From Thermoplasmata archaeon (GTDB taxonomy: Archaea; Thermoplasmatota; Thermoplasmata; Lutacidiplasmatales; UBA184): a stretch of DNA of 64,000 nucleotides. A program made the position numbers and the translations under genes. The notes under the pieces were generated by a model that was not told where the DNA came from, did not search any database, and worked only from the letters and a program-made list of their open reading frames with translations. Below are positions 53,082 to 63,348 of this stretch, one piece after another. The stretch spans positions 97,939 to 161,938 of the forward strand of contig JAKIWI010000004.1 of NCBI GenBank assembly GCA_022750115.1. Reading direction: 5' to 3'. Positions within the stretch are counted from its first letter, which is position 1, and every line of letters begins with the position of its first letter.

Positions 53082-54329
53082 CTACTTGCGAGGTCCCCGG
53101 CGGTAGACCCACACACCAGCCACCGCCAAAGCGACGGCCGCGAGAATCCCGACCGGGGCGACCGTGAACCAGAGGGGAATGGGCGACGCGTTGGTACGCG
53201 TGGCAGGGGGACCGGCGATGGCGGCGAAGTGGAGGCCGACGCCGACCGCCCCACCGGCCACGGTAACGTTCCCGGAGGTCGGCGATACGTTGAACCCCGA
53301 CGGCGCTTCCACCACGTACCGGTAGGTTGCGTTCGGGACGAGGAAGGTCAGCGACGCGTCCGAGGTCGGGCTCACCGAGCCGTTCCACTCGAGCGACCAC
53401 ACCGTCCGCGGCGGTAGTCCCGTGGCGTTGAAGTCGACCCAGAATCGGGGGGGGAGCACCGCCGCTACGGGGATCTTCGTGAAGTCCACGAACTCAGAAA
53501 GATTGCGGCCGGAGACCTGGATTCCGTACGGCCGGTCGGAGTTGTATCCGGCCACGTCGCCTACCGTGTAGAAATAGGTCCCGTTCGGGACTCGGAATCC
53601 GATCGTCCGAGTGCTCGACCCGTGCTGGGTTCCGTTGAACGTCACCGTCCAGGGAGTCCCCATGGGTAGCGCGTCCTCGGAGAAGTTGACGGTGAACAAC
53701 TCCGGAGGAGGGGGAGGCGGCGTCGAGGCGAAGATGATGAAGACCAGCCAGGTCGTCCCGTTCACGACGACCGAACCGTTGGTGGGGTAGGCGGTGAACC
53801 CCCTCACGGCACCGACTTCGTACAGATAGGTCCCGTTGGGGACCTCGAACGACGTGGTGTTGTTGGCCGTGCTAACGTTCGTGCCGTTGAAGGTCAGCCG
53901 CCAGAGCGTGAAGCTCGAGAGTCCGACTTGGTCGAAGGTCACGTTGAAAAGTTCCACCGAGGGGAGGCTCGGGAGCCGGTCTCCCCGAGGTTGGCCGACC
54001 GCCGGCTCGCGGGACCGGGCCCCTCCCGGTGGTACGCCGGCCCCGTTGGCCGGGCTCGGAACGGACGACGAGCTCGAACCCGCGGGGACATTTCCCCTGG
54101 AGAGAGGAGGGACCGAATGGTGGGGGAGCGCCACGGCCGGTGAATGGGAAAAGTTCGGCGGCGGAATCCTAGGGTTCGGTGCCGGCGGGGATTCGGCGCG
54201 GCCCGGCGTCGGGAGCGCGGCGAGTGTGGTGAGCACGATGAGGGCAACGGCGAGGATCGCGCAACGGTTCGCGGTCGATCGTTCGGACCGCCCGGGACCC
54301 GCCCGAGGCGGCCATCGTACGCCTGCCAT
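53082..54329 (-). CDS. cell-surface glycoprotein: signal peptide, 3 tandem ~90-aa Ig-like repeats, C-terminal TM anchor
   Basis: 'RCAILAVALIVLTTLAALP' signal; repeats beginning 'ELFNVTFDQ', 'ELFTVNFSE', 'PRFWVDFNAT'; about 25 N-x-S/T sequons; 'PPPPPPELF' linker; C-terminal 'ILAAVALAVAGVWVYRRGPRK'. Confidence 0.65.
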   Translation of the reverse strand: MAGVRWPPRAGPGRSERSTANRCAILAVALIVLTTLAALPTPGRAESPPAPNPRIPPPNFSHSPAVALPHHSVPPLSRGNVPAGSSSSSVPSPANGAGVPPGGARSREPAVGQPRGDRLPSLPSVELFNVTFDQVGLSSFTLWRLTFNGTNVSTANNTTSFEVPNGTYLYEVGAVRGFTAYPTNGSVVVNGTTWLVFIIFASTPPPPPPELFTVNFSEDALPMGTPWTVTFNGTQHGSSTRTIGFRVPNGTYFYTVGDVAGYNSDRPYGIQVSGRNLSEFVDFTKIPVAAVLPPRFWVDFNATGLPPRTVWSLEWNGSVSPTSDASLTFLVPNATYRYVVEAPSGFNVSPTSGNVTVAGGAVGVGLHFAAIAGPPATRTNASPIPLWFTVAPVGILAAVALAVAGVWVYRRGPRK

Positions 54330-54430
54330 CCTCGGGAACCGGCCGATGCCGCACGGGTCGATGCAGGATAACTCTCCCCGGAGGGCACGCCCCCGGGGAA
54401 TCGCCTCCACGGGAAGCGGGGACTCGTTGA

Positions 54431-57400
54431 CTACGATTCTTTGGTTTCCGGGGTCGGGAGCGCCTTCGGTGCGCGCGGTCGTCGGACGCGCGGCTGGATG
54501 AGCGGTACTCCGCGGGGCATCGGGATGCTCCCGTCGGTGCGGCCGGGCTCCGGCGCGCCGTAGAGCGAATCGACGGTCGCGGGATGGTCCTTCAGCCAGG
54601 CGAGGCCCTCGACGTAGGCGGCGAACCCTTCGAGGCTCGTGAACAGGGGGATCCCTAGTTCCACCGACCGACGGCGAAGAATGTACTCGTCCTCGAGCAT
54701 GCGCTCGAGCTTGGCCTGCGTGAGCGAGGAGGGGACGTTCAGCATCAGGTCGATCTTGCCGGAGTCGAGCGCGTCCACGACGTTCGGCTTGCGGTCGGGC
54801 TCGCTGACCTTGTGCAGGACCTGGACCGGGCGAAGTCCCCGCTCCGAGAGGAACGCCGCGGTGTCCTCCGTCGCGGCGAGCTTGTAGCCGAGCGTCCGGA
54901 GGAGCTCCGCGATCGGGAGGAGCTGCTCCTTGAACCGCGGCCCGCCGACAGACAGGAACGCGGTCCCGCCCGATGGAACCAGCTTGACGCCGGTCGCGAC
55001 GAGCGCCTTCACGAGCGCGTCGGCGAACGTCGGCCCGAAGCAGGCGACCTCGCCGGTCGATTGCATCTCGACGCCGAGGAGCGGGTCGGACCCCGACAGT
55101 TGGAGGAACGAGAACTGGGGGACTTTGACGCCCCAGCGGTTCGGGGGGAGCGGCGCGATTCCGACCGTGGTGAGGGGTCGGCCGAGGAGGGCGCGGGCGG
55201 CTTCCCGAAGGAGCGGGACGCCGGTCGCCTTCGTGAGGAACGGGAGCGATCGGCTCGCGCGCAGGTTGAGTTCGATGATCTGGAACTCCTCATCCTTGAC
55301 GAGGAACTGGACGTTGAACGGCCCGCGGATCGCGAGCGCGTGCGCCATCTTCTCGGCCGCGGCGACGAGCCGCGCTTGCATCGCCGCCGAGGTGTGGCGC
55401 GGCGGAAGGCAGAAGATCGCGTCGCCGGAGTGGACACCGGCCTGCTCAACGTGTTCGAGGATGCCTCCGACCAGGATGCTGGTCCCATCGGAGATCGCAT
55501 CGAGTTCGACTTCGTCGGCCCCTTCGACGAACTTCGTGATCACGACCGGGTGCTCCGGCGAGAGTCGGACCGCCTCGGCGAGGAATCGGTCGAGGTCGTG
55601 GCGGCCGTGGATGACCCGCATCGCCTGGCCGGAGAGCACGTACGAGGGCCGGACCAGGACGGGGTAGCCGACCTCGTCGGCGAACGTCGCCGCCGCCTCG
55701 ACCGTCGTGAACGCCCTCCACGCGGGCTGGGGGATCTCGAGTCGTTCGAGCAGTCGCGCAAAGTTCGCACGGTCCTCGGCGGTATCGATGGATTCGGGAG
55801 CGGTCCCGAGGATCGGCACGCCGCAGGCGTGGAGGAGCGGGGTGAGGTTCTGCGCGAGTTGGCTCCCGACGCAGGTCACGACGCCCGCGAACCCCTCGAA
55901 CTCGAACAGGTCGCGGACCCGCTCGAGCGTGATCTCCTCGAAGTAGAGGCGATCGGAGCGGTCGTAGTCGGTCGAGACGGTCTCGGGATTGCTGTTGAGA
56001 AGCGCGACCGCGGGGATCCCCTCCGCCCGCAGACCGTCGACCAGGTTCATCGTCGACCAATCGAACTCGACGCTGGAGCCGATCCGGTACGGCCCGGCAC
56101 CGAGGACGAGGACGCTGCCCTTCGGAGCCGGGGCCACGTCGGAGGCGTCGGCGCGGTAGGTGCAGTACAGGTAGTTCGTCACCGACGGCCATTCCCCGGC
56201 GAGCGTGTCGACCATCCGGATCCGTGGGGTGAGGCCCAGCGAGATCCGGCGCATCCGCACTCGCTCCTCGTCGTCGTTCGTGGCGCGCGCGATCGCCCGG
56301 TCGGAGAAGCCCAGCTCTTTCGCGGTTCGGAGCAGCGGCTCCGGGACGCCCGCTGTCCCTCGGACCTTCCGGAGCAGCGCATCCGTCCGTTCGACCTCGG
56401 CGAGTTGGTCGACGAACCACCGGTCGATCCACGAGGTCGACGCGATGGTGGCGGAATCGAGTCCGGCCCGCAGCCCTTCGAGCACCCGGTCGAGCACATC
56501 GGGACGCGGCTCCGCGAGGTCCCGCAGGATCTCCTTCTTCGGGCGCACCGTTTCGGACGGGACGAGGTCCGCCCGCGGGTCGCTCATGCGGACCGCCTTG
56601 AGGAGTGCCTCGGGGAACGACGCGCCGATGCCCATCACCTCGCCGACGCTCTTCATCGACGGGCCGAGGCGGCGCTCCGCGCGGGGGAACTTGTCGAGGT
56701 CCCAGCGCGGGAGCTTGACGACGACGTAGTCGAGCGCCGGCTCGAAGCAGGCGGTCGTGACCCCGGTGACCCGGTTCTTGAGCTCGGGGAGCGAGTAGCC
56801 GAGCGCGAGCTTCGTTGCGACGTAGGCGAGCGGGTAGCCGGTCGCCTTGCTGGCGAGCGCGCTCGAGCGGCTCAGCCGCGCGTTGATCTCGATCGCGTAG
56901 TACTCGTCGCTCGTCGGGTCGAGGCAGAATTGGATGTTGCACTCCCCGATGATCCCGCACTCCTCGACGGCGCGCAGCGCTGCCTGGCGGAGCATTTGGT
57001 ACTCGTGGTCGTCGAGCGTCTGCGACGGAGCGATGACGATGTTGTCGCCGGTGTGGACCCGCATGGAGAGGACATTCTCCATGTTGCACACCGTGAGGGC
57101 GTTCCCGAGTCGGTCGCGCACGACCTCGTACTCGAGCTGCTTGAACGAGCCGACGTACCGTTCGAGGAGGATCTGGCCGACCGGGCTCGCCCGAAGTCCG
57201 CGGCCCGCGACGTCGCGCAACTCCTCGGCGCTCCGGGCGACCCCGCCGCCCTTCCCGCCGAGGGTGAAGGCGACGCGGACCATCACCGGGTAGCCGAACT
57301 CCGACGCCGCGCCGACCGCCTCGTCGACGGAGTACACCGCCTTGCTCGGAAGCGTCGGGACGTGCGAGCGCTCCATCGCGCGGACGAACTTCGCCCGGTC

Positions 57401-57775
57401 CTCGGTCGCGCGGATGCCGGCGAGGGGCGTCCCGAGCACCTCGATCTTCTGGCGGCGAAGCGCGCCGCGGTCGGCGAGCGCGATGCCGCAGTTGAGGGCG
57501 GTCTGGCCGCCGAATCCGAGGAGGATCGCGTCGGGCTTCTCCGCCTCCAGGATCGGCTCGACGAACTCCGGCTGCAGCGGCTGGAAGTAGACGCGCCCGT
57601 GCTTCGGGGGGTCGGTCTGGAGCGTCGCGATGTTCGGGTTGACGACGATGGCGTAGACGCCTTCCTCTTCGAGCGCCTTGAGGCACTGGCTCCCGGAATA
57701 GTCGAACTCGCCGGCCTCGCCGATCTTGAGCGCCCCCGAGCCGAGGACGACAACCTTCTCGAAGACCGGCCTCAT
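54431..57775 (-). CDS. carB: carbamoyl-phosphate synthase large subunit
   Basis: From 'MRPVFEKVVVLGSGALKIGEAGEFDYSGSQC'; duplicated ATP-grasp halves; ATGA overlap with the carA stop. First 152 codons of the listed ORF are read-through. Confidence 0.9.
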   Translation of the reverse strand: MRPVFEKVVVLGSGALKIGEAGEFDYSGSQCLKALEEEGVYAIVVNPNIATLQTDPPKHGRVYFQPLQPEFVEPILEAEKPDAILLGFGGQTALNCGIALADRGALRRQKIEVLGTPLAGIRATEDRAKFVRAMERSHVPTLPSKAVYSVDEAVGAASEFGYPVMVRVAFTLGGKGGGVARSAEELRDVAGRGLRASPVGQILLERYVGSFKQLEYEVVRDRLGNALTVCNMENVLSMRVHTGDNIVIAPSQTLDDHEYQMLRQAALRAVEECGIIGECNIQFCLDPTSDEYYAIEINARLSRSSALASKATGYPLAYVATKLALGYSLPELKNRVTGVTTACFEPALDYVVVKLPRWDLDKFPRAERRLGPSMKSVGEVMGIGASFPEALLKAVRMSDPRADLVPSETVRPKKEILRDLAEPRPDVLDRVLEGLRAGLDSATIASTSWIDRWFVDQLAEVERTDALLRKVRGTAGVPEPLLRTAKELGFSDRAIARATNDDEERVRMRRISLGLTPRIRMVDTLAGEWPSVTNYLYCTYRADASDVAPAPKGSVLVLGAGPYRIGSSVEFDWSTMNLVDGLRAEGIPAVALLNSNPETVSTDYDRSDRLYFEEITLERVRDLFEFEGFAGVVTCVGSQLAQNLTPLLHACGVPILGTAPESIDTAEDRANFARLLERLEIPQPAWRAFTTVEAAATFADEVGYPVLVRPSYVLSGQAMRVIHGRHDLDRFLAEAVRLSPEHPVVITKFVEGADEVELDAISDGTSILVGGILEHVEQAGVHSGDAIFCLPPRHTSAAMQARLVAAAEKMAHALAIRGPFNVQFLVKDEEFQIIELNLRASRSLPFLTKATGVPLLREAARALLGRPLTTVGIAPLPPNRWGVKVPQFSFLQLSGSDPLLGVEMQSTGEVACFGPTFADALVKALVATGVKLVPSGGTAFLSVGGPRFKEQLLPIAELLRTLGYKLAATEDTAAFLSERGLRPVQVLHKVSEPDRKPNVVDALDSGKIDLMLNVPSSLTQAKLERMLEDEYILRRRSVELGIPLFTSLEGFAAYVEGLAWLKDHPATVDSLYGAPEPGRTDGSIPMPRGVPLIQPRVRRPRAPKALPTPETKES

Positions 57776-58962
57776 GCCGCCTCCCGGCGGACCAGTTCGG
57801 CGAACCGGTCGAAGACGAATCCGGCCTCCTGCGGTCCGGGGTGACCTTCGGGGTGGCCCTGCAGGGCGAGGACCCGACCGCGGCGGTCGCGCAGCCCCTC
57901 GAGCGTCCCGTCGTCCGGGTTCGTCGCCCAGGCCTCGAGTCCGGTTCCCTTCAGCGACTCCGCGTCGACCGCATAGCCGTGGTTCTCGCTGACGATGTAC
58001 GACCGTCCGTCGGGGAAGCAGACGGTCTTGTTCTGCCCGCGGTGGCCGAATTTGAGTTTGTACGTCCGCGCCCCGCGCGCAAGCGCCACGAGCTGGTGGC
58101 CGAGGCAGATCCCCAGCGTCGGCCGACCGTCGAGCGCGGACGGCCGGAGCGCCTCGATCGTCGGCTCGAGCTGGTCGGGGTCGCCCGGGCCGTTCCCGAC
58201 GAGGACGCCACGAACCCTCCGGCCCTCCCACCTGGCCGGGACCTCATGGTCGAACGGAAGCCGGAGGACCGACAGCCGGCGGTCGAGGAGGTTGCGGACG
58301 ATGCTCGCCTTCACGCCGCAGTCGAGGACGGCGACGAGCGGAGCGTCGGAGGCCCCGTACACGACGGGCGACCGGACCGCCACCTCGGGGACGAACGCCT
58401 CTTCCTCGTAGGACGGCGCGCGCGCAATTGACTGGCGCAACTCGTCGTCGGAGGGAGGCGAGCTCGCTCGGGAGACGTCGACGACGCCCCGGAGCACGCC
58501 GTGCGAGCGGAGGTGTTCGGTGAGCCGACGGGTGTCCAGGCCGACGAGACCCGGAACCCCCTCCTCCCGCAGCCAGTCATCGAGTCCGCGGTTGCTCCGC
58601 CAGTGGTGCCCCAGTGTGAGTCCTCGCACGAGGATCGCTCGGACCTGGATGTGGTCGGACTCGAGGAACCTCGGGAGTCCGTGCTCGTCGCGCGCCGTCG
58701 GGTCCGGCACGCCGTAGTTGCCCAGCAGCGGGTAGGTGAACGTGAGGATCTGCCCGCGGAACGACGGGTCGGTGAGCGACTCGGGGTAGCCGACCATGCC
58801 GGTCGTGAAGACAACCTCGCCGACACGGCGGCCAACCGCGCCGAAGCCGCGTGCGTCGAACCGGGTGCCGTCCTCGAGAAGTAGGGTCCCCGAGAGCGCG
58901 GAACTTTCCGCTTCCCCCACGAGTTCGATGACCCAAAGTTTGCGAGGAGGGCGGTCGCGCAT
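57772..58962 (-). CDS. carA: carbamoyl-phosphate synthase small (glutaminase) subunit
   Basis: 'LGICLGHQLVALA' class-I GATase catalytic Cys; start at ATG M51 (58962). Confidence 0.85.
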   Translation of the reverse strand: MRDRPPRKLWVIELVGEAESSALSGTLLLEDGTRFDARGFGAVGRRVGEVVFTTGMVGYPESLTDPSFRGQILTFTYPLLGNYGVPDPTARDEHGLPRFLESDHIQVRAILVRGLTLGHHWRSNRGLDDWLREEGVPGLVGLDTRRLTEHLRSHGVLRGVVDVSRASSPPSDDELRQSIARAPSYEEEAFVPEVAVRSPVVYGASDAPLVAVLDCGVKASIVRNLLDRRLSVLRLPFDHEVPARWEGRRVRGVLVGNGPGDPDQLEPTIEALRPSALDGRPTLGICLGHQLVALARGARTYKLKFGHRGQNKTVCFPDGRSYIVSENHGYAVDAESLKGTGLEAWATNPDDGTLEGLRDRRGRVLALQGHPEGHPGPQEAGFVFDRFAELVRREAA

Positions 58963-59052
58963 AAGCGTTGCGTTTCCGGGAAAACGAGTGACGCGAAATC
59001 CGTCGGCTCCGGGCCCCGTGGTCGTCAAATTCGCGGTCGAGTACCGACGGCC

Positions 59053-60045
59053 GTGCCCGGACTTCCGCGCCTGAAGGAGTCGTACGACATCCTCGTGGTG
59101 GGGGGCGGCCACGCCGGTCTCCAGGCGGGGCTAAAATCCGCCCTCCTCCGACAGACGGCGGCGGTGTTCGACCGCGGCCCAAAGTACGCGCGCACGTACT
59201 ACGCCCCCCGAATGGAGAACATCCCGGGGTTTCCGGGCAGCGTCTCGGGGCACGCGCTTCTCGACAAGCAGGTCGCTCAGGTCCGGGAGGCCGAGGAATG
59301 GGTCGGCTACTTCTCCCCCTCCCAGGTGCATGAGGTCCGACGCACGGAGACCGGATTTGACGTCGGCTTCGATTGGCTCCGGCAGCGGCTCACCGCGCGC
59401 GGCCGCGCCGTGATCCTCGCGATGGGCGTCGTCGACCGGATGCTCCAGCTCGGGGGCGACATCAAGCCGATCTTTCCCTGGGCGAACTTCGGGATCGTCG
59501 ACTTCTGCATCTTGTGCGACGGGCACGAGATGGGCGGGAAGGCGGTCGGCGTGCTCGGCCACGACCGGTTCGCCGCCCTCACCGCGCTCGACCTCCTCCA
59601 TTTCGGCCCGACGTCCGTCGAGATCCTGACCCACGGGGAGCCGTTCCTCGGCCACGAGCCGGAGCCGGCTCGCACCGAACTTCTCGCCGCGCTCGAGGGA
59701 CACCACGTGACGATCGTCGAGAGCGCGATCACCGAGTTCGACGGCATCCGCGAGAAGCGGTTCGGGGTCAAGCTCGCGGACGGCACGACGCGCTCCTACG
59801 ACAAGGGGTTCTCCGCGCTCGGCTGGTGGGACCTCCACCAGGAGATCCCGAAGTCGCTCGGGGCGACGTTCGACGAGGAGGGATTCGTCCGGGTGGACGA
59901 GGACGGTCGTGTGCTCGATGCGGCGGGCCAGCCGATCCCGGGCCTCTACTGCGCCGGCGACCAGAAGACCGGCTGGAACCAGGTTCCCGAGGCGTGGGCG
60001 TCGGCAGAGCGGTCCGTGATCCACGCCTACGCGGAGTATCTGTAG
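59053..60045 (+). CDS. thioredoxin-reductase-like FAD/NAD(P)-dependent disulfide oxidoreductase
   Basis: 'YDILVVGGGHAGLQAG' FAD site, 'FCILCDGHE' redox CxxC, 'GLYCAGD' C-terminal motif. Confidence 0.7.
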   Translation: MPGLPRLKESYDILVVGGGHAGLQAGLKSALLRQTAAVFDRGPKYARTYYAPRMENIPGFPGSVSGHALLDKQVAQVREAEEWVGYFSPSQVHEVRRTETGFDVGFDWLRQRLTARGRAVILAMGVVDRMLQLGGDIKPIFPWANFGIVDFCILCDGHEMGGKAVGVLGHDRFAALTALDLLHFGPTSVEILTHGEPFLGHEPEPARTELLAALEGHHVTIVESAITEFDGIREKRFGVKLADGTTRSYDKGFSALGWWDLHQEIPKSLGATFDEEGFVRVDEDGRVLDAAGQPIPGLYCAGDQKTGWNQVPEAWASAERSVIHAYAEYL

Positions 60046-60058
60046 CTCGGCCGAGAGC

Positions 60059-60793
60059 TCAGGTCGCCGCGAGCCGCGCGACGTTCAGGAACTCCGCGAG
60101 CTCGTGGAGGTCCCGGGCGACCGCCGCCGCTCCGGCAGCGCGGAACCGGTCGGCGACGGCCGGTTCCCCGCCCGACTCGGGAAGGACCGCATAGAACCGG
60201 ACCCGGGCCCGTGTAGCACACTCCGCGTCGATGCGATGATCGCCCACGACCAGCGCGCGGTCGTACTGCACGCCCATTTCGTGGAGCAGGAGCCGCAACG
60301 CCTCCGGGTCCGGCTTCGCGGGACCTGGTGCGCTCCGGGTACGGAGGAACGGGAAGAAATCGCGAAGTCCCGTCCGCTCGAGCGCCTGGCGACAGAACTC
60401 CTCCGAACTCCGTGTCAGGACGCCGAGCCGGAAACCTCGGCTGACGAGGCTCTTCAGAAGTTCCGGGGCGCCGGGGCGGGCGGTGGTCTTCGGGAGCGCC
60501 TCGAGCTCAATCGCGTCGATGACCTTCTTCGTCTCGGCCTCGAATCGGAACCGGTTTCCCGGCGGCGCGCCGGAGCCTTCGATCTCCGCGATCGCCGCGG
60601 ATTCGATCTCGGCGATGGTCAGCTCCGGGCTCAGGTGGCCCGGGACGACGCCGTGGCGTTCGGCGATCCGGATGACCTCGCGTCGCATCCGGCCGAAGTC
60701 GTGGTTCGACTCCACGAGCGTCCCGTCGAGGTCAAAAACGATGCCGAGCAGCGGCTCGAGGAACGCCGGCGGGCTGCCTTCCGAAGCGTTCAC
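60059..60793 (-). CDS. HAD-superfamily hydrolase (beta-PGM/phosphatase subfamily IA)
   Basis: 'IVFDLDGTLVES' motif I, 'LGVLTRS', 'VVGDHRIDAECATRA'. Confidence 0.7.
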   Translation of the reverse strand: MNASEGSPPAFLEPLLGIVFDLDGTLVESNHDFGRMRREVIRIAERHGVVPGHLSPELTIAEIESAAIAEIEGSGAPPGNRFRFEAETKKVIDAIELEALPKTTARPGAPELLKSLVSRGFRLGVLTRSSEEFCRQALERTGLRDFFPFLRTRSAPGPAKPDPEALRLLLHEMGVQYDRALVVGDHRIDAECATRARVRFYAVLPESGGEPAVADRFRAAGAAAVARDLHELAEFLNVARLAAT

Positions 60794-60879
60794 ATCCCCT
60801 CCGGACTGGCGTCATCCTCGGAACCCACCGTAAGGGTATGTGTCCACCGGCACGATGCCGGGCGGGGCGTTCCGTCCGG

Positions 60880-61380
60880 TCAGCCCAGCGGAGCGCCGCA
60901 GTTCTTGCACTTAGTCGCCATTGGAGCGTTCAGGCCACCGCAGTAGTCGCATCTCGGCATCGCGGCGCGGCGCGCGGCGATGTCGGCGCCGGATCCCGCC
61001 CCTGGCCCAGCTCCGGCGGACATCCCCGGCGGAGGCGGCGGCGCTGAGGCGCGGGCATTGTTGATGGCGTCGGCCCACGCCTGCGCTTCAGGGGTCCGGA
61101 AGAACAACGATCGTTGCAGCAGATCGAGCTCCAACCGAGGCCCGCCCTGAGGTCCCGGTGACGACCTCGCGAGACGGCATCGCCAGAGCGCGATGCGGCG
61201 GACACCGGGGGCGAACTGAGGCGGCCCACCCCCGGCCGCCGGAGGTCCCACGGGGGCCGGACCTTCGTAGATGATCGCGCGGTTCGTGAGGGTGAGGGTC
61301 CCCGGCCCGACCCCCGGTCGGCCCGCCCACCCGACGGATCCGGTGCGAAGGACGGTCTCGCCCTGGATCAGTTCGACCAA
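60880..61380 (-). CDS. hypothetical protein: PH/GRAM-like N-domain, Pro/Gly linker, C-terminal zinc ribbon
   Basis: 'LIQGETVLRTGSVGW...GTLTLTNRAIIYEG'; 'CDYCGGLNAPMATKCKNCGAPL'. Confidence 0.45.
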   Translation of the reverse strand: MVELIQGETVLRTGSVGWAGRPGVGPGTLTLTNRAIIYEGPAPVGPPAAGGGPPQFAPGVRRIALWRCRLARSSPGPQGGPRLELDLLQRSLFFRTPEAQAWADAINNARASAPPPPPGMSAGAGPGAGSGADIAARRAAMPRCDYCGGLNAPMATKCKNCGAPLG

Positions 61381-61515
61381 CGATCGTCCCCTCCCGCACG
61401 CCCGAACCGCGCTACCGCCCCGGGAGCGGAAGCGAATAAAGGGGTTGAGGGGGGAAGCTCCGCGCGCTCCGAGAACGGTCGAAAGTCACAAGAACCGGCC
61501 CCCGACTGCCCGACC

Positions 61516-61998
61516 ATGGCGGTCCTCACCGAGCCAATGATGGCGCTGGTGCGCCTCCAACGGCTCGGCTACGTCGCGACAGTCTCCCCGGATGGCTCGC
61601 CGAACGTTTCACCGAAGGGCTCGCTCACCGTCTGGGACGACGGCCATCTCGTCTTCGCGGACGTCGACTCGCCCCATACCGTCCGCAACCTCAAGACGAA
61701 CCCGCGGACCGAAGTGAACGTCGTCGACCCGTTTTCCCGCAAGGGGTACCGATTCCAAGGAAAGGCGACGGTGTTCCACGCGGGCGCGCTGTATTTCCAG
61801 GCGCTCGACCGGTTCAAGGCCGAGGGTTCGGACATCCGACGGATCCGGGCCGTGGTGCTCATCGAGGTCGTGCACGCCGCGCCGCTGGTCTCCCCCGTCT
61901 ACGCGGGCGGGTTCAAGGAAGACGAGGTCCGCCGACTCTGGGAGGAGTACTACGGCAAGAAGACCGTCGTCGACCTGACTCCCCCCCGCGACTTCTAA
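61516..61998 (+). CDS. pyridoxamine-5'-phosphate-oxidase-like FMN/F420-binding split-barrel protein
   Basis: 'LGYVATVSPDGSPNVSPKGSL...WDDGHLVFADV' PNPOx-like pattern. Confidence 0.65.
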   Translation: MAVLTEPMMALVRLQRLGYVATVSPDGSPNVSPKGSLTVWDDGHLVFADVDSPHTVRNLKTNPRTEVNVVDPFSRKGYRFQGKATVFHAGALYFQALDRFKAEGSDIRRIRAVVLIEVVHAAPLVSPVYAGGFKEDEVRRLWEEYYGKKTVVDLTPPRDF

Positions 61999-62091
61999 GG
62001 CACAGCGGGGGATGGTGACGCCGCGCGCCGGAAGCTCGGGCCGGCGCCGCCCCGCTTGCCGTCACGCCGCGCCCAGGTCCGGTTAGCGCTC

Positions 62092-62544
62092 ATGGCCGAG
62101 TACGGCGCGCTCGATGCGACCACGATCGCGCAGATCGTCCTGGTGGTCGAGCTCGTGTTCGCCGGGATGCTGATCGTCGGCATGTTCCTGGCCCGGCGGG
62201 GGAACATCCGATGGCACGCGCGCATCCAGAGCATCGCGGTGCTCGGCAATGTCCCGGTCGTCGCGACGTGGATGCTCCCGCAGTACCTGACGAACGTCTG
62301 GCCGGGAATCCCCAGCGAGATCGGCGAACCGTTCTACCTGTTCCCGACCCTCATGCTCGTCGCGGGGGCGGTCGTCGAGGCGCTCGGCGTCTACGTGATT
62401 CTTGTCGCGGGGACGAACCTCATCCCGGAGCGCTTCCGATTCCGCGAGTACAAGTGGTGGATGCGGACCCTTCTCTGCCTCTGGTGGGGCGTCCTCCTAC
62501 TCGGTCTCACGACGTACTACTTTTGGTTCCTGGCGCCGAGTTGA
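62092..62544 (+). CDS. DUF420-like 4-TM membrane protein
   Basis: Four hydrophobic helices; start at ATG 62092 (the listed 62056 is also possible). Confidence 0.5.
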   Translation: MAEYGALDATTIAQIVLVVELVFAGMLIVGMFLARRGNIRWHARIQSIAVLGNVPVVATWMLPQYLTNVWPGIPSEIGEPFYLFPTLMLVAGAVVEALGVYVILVAGTNLIPERFRFREYKWWMRTLLCLWWGVLLLGLTTYYFWFLAPS

Positions 62545-62782
62545 ACGGACCGGTCGGGCGCGTTTGCCATCTGAGCCGACCGATCCGGTCTCGGCGCGCT
62601 CCGGGCGCCGGATGACATCGGGGCGGGCGGCGGCCCGAACATCGTTGCCGACGAGGGGATGGCTCCGCCTACGTCCAATGGCGGCCGTTCCTCGACGAGA
62701 TCGACCGATTGGGTCGGGGTCACGGGTTCGAGATCGGAGAGCGCCCGGTTGACGTGGGACCCGACTGGGTCCGTCGGGCCGG

Positions 62783-63196
62783 TCACTTCCGCCGGGGCTT
62801 CCCGACCTTGGGCCGTCGACGGGCTTGGTCCCGCTTCTCGTTCTCGATCACGCGTGCCTTCACGATCCGGGCCACCAATCGGTCGGGAATCGGGTGGTCG
62901 GCCGTGAATCGCAGGGTTCCCTTTCCGGCGGCGAAGGATTCGAGTTCGGCAGCGAACTTGCGGGTCGTCACGACGCTCCCGGGGAAGAAGCTCGCGTGGT
63001 CGGAGAAGGCGCCGAAGTAGACCAGCATGCCGTGGTGGCGGAAGCCGGCCATCCCGTAGCTGATGACCTCCTCCGCGTCGGGCGCCGCCGACCGGATCGA
63101 TCGACGAAGGCGCTCGAGGGTGGGGCGAAGCTCTGGCGGCGCCCGGGCAACGTACTCATCGATGGTTTTGGGGGCCGGGCCGCCACTGCTTTTCAT
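62783..63196 (-). CDS. DUF1801 (YdhG-like) domain protein
   Basis: 'KTIDEYVARAPPELRPTLERLRRSIRSAAPDAEEVISYGMAGF'. Confidence 0.6.
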   Translation of the reverse strand: MKSSGGPAPKTIDEYVARAPPELRPTLERLRRSIRSAAPDAEEVISYGMAGFRHHGMLVYFGAFSDHASFFPGSVVTTRKFAAELESFAAGKGTLRFTADHPIPDRLVARIVKARVIENEKRDQARRRPKVGKPRRK

Positions 63197-63348
63197 CTGA
63201 CGGCGCGAAACCGAACCGTTGGTATGTACCTTGCGAATGCGGGCCAGGGATGGCTCAGGCCCGAGACCGATCGGAGCCGCAACCGGTCCGCTCCGGGCGC
63301 TCGCCAGACGGAGGCGCGGCCCGCGTCGAGCCGGGTGAGGGCGCGCGG

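Noticed and set aside
54812-57844. 1010-aa plus-strand ORF antisense to carB
   Set aside because: Antisense shadow (R/E/D/G-rich, no motifs); carB is unambiguous.
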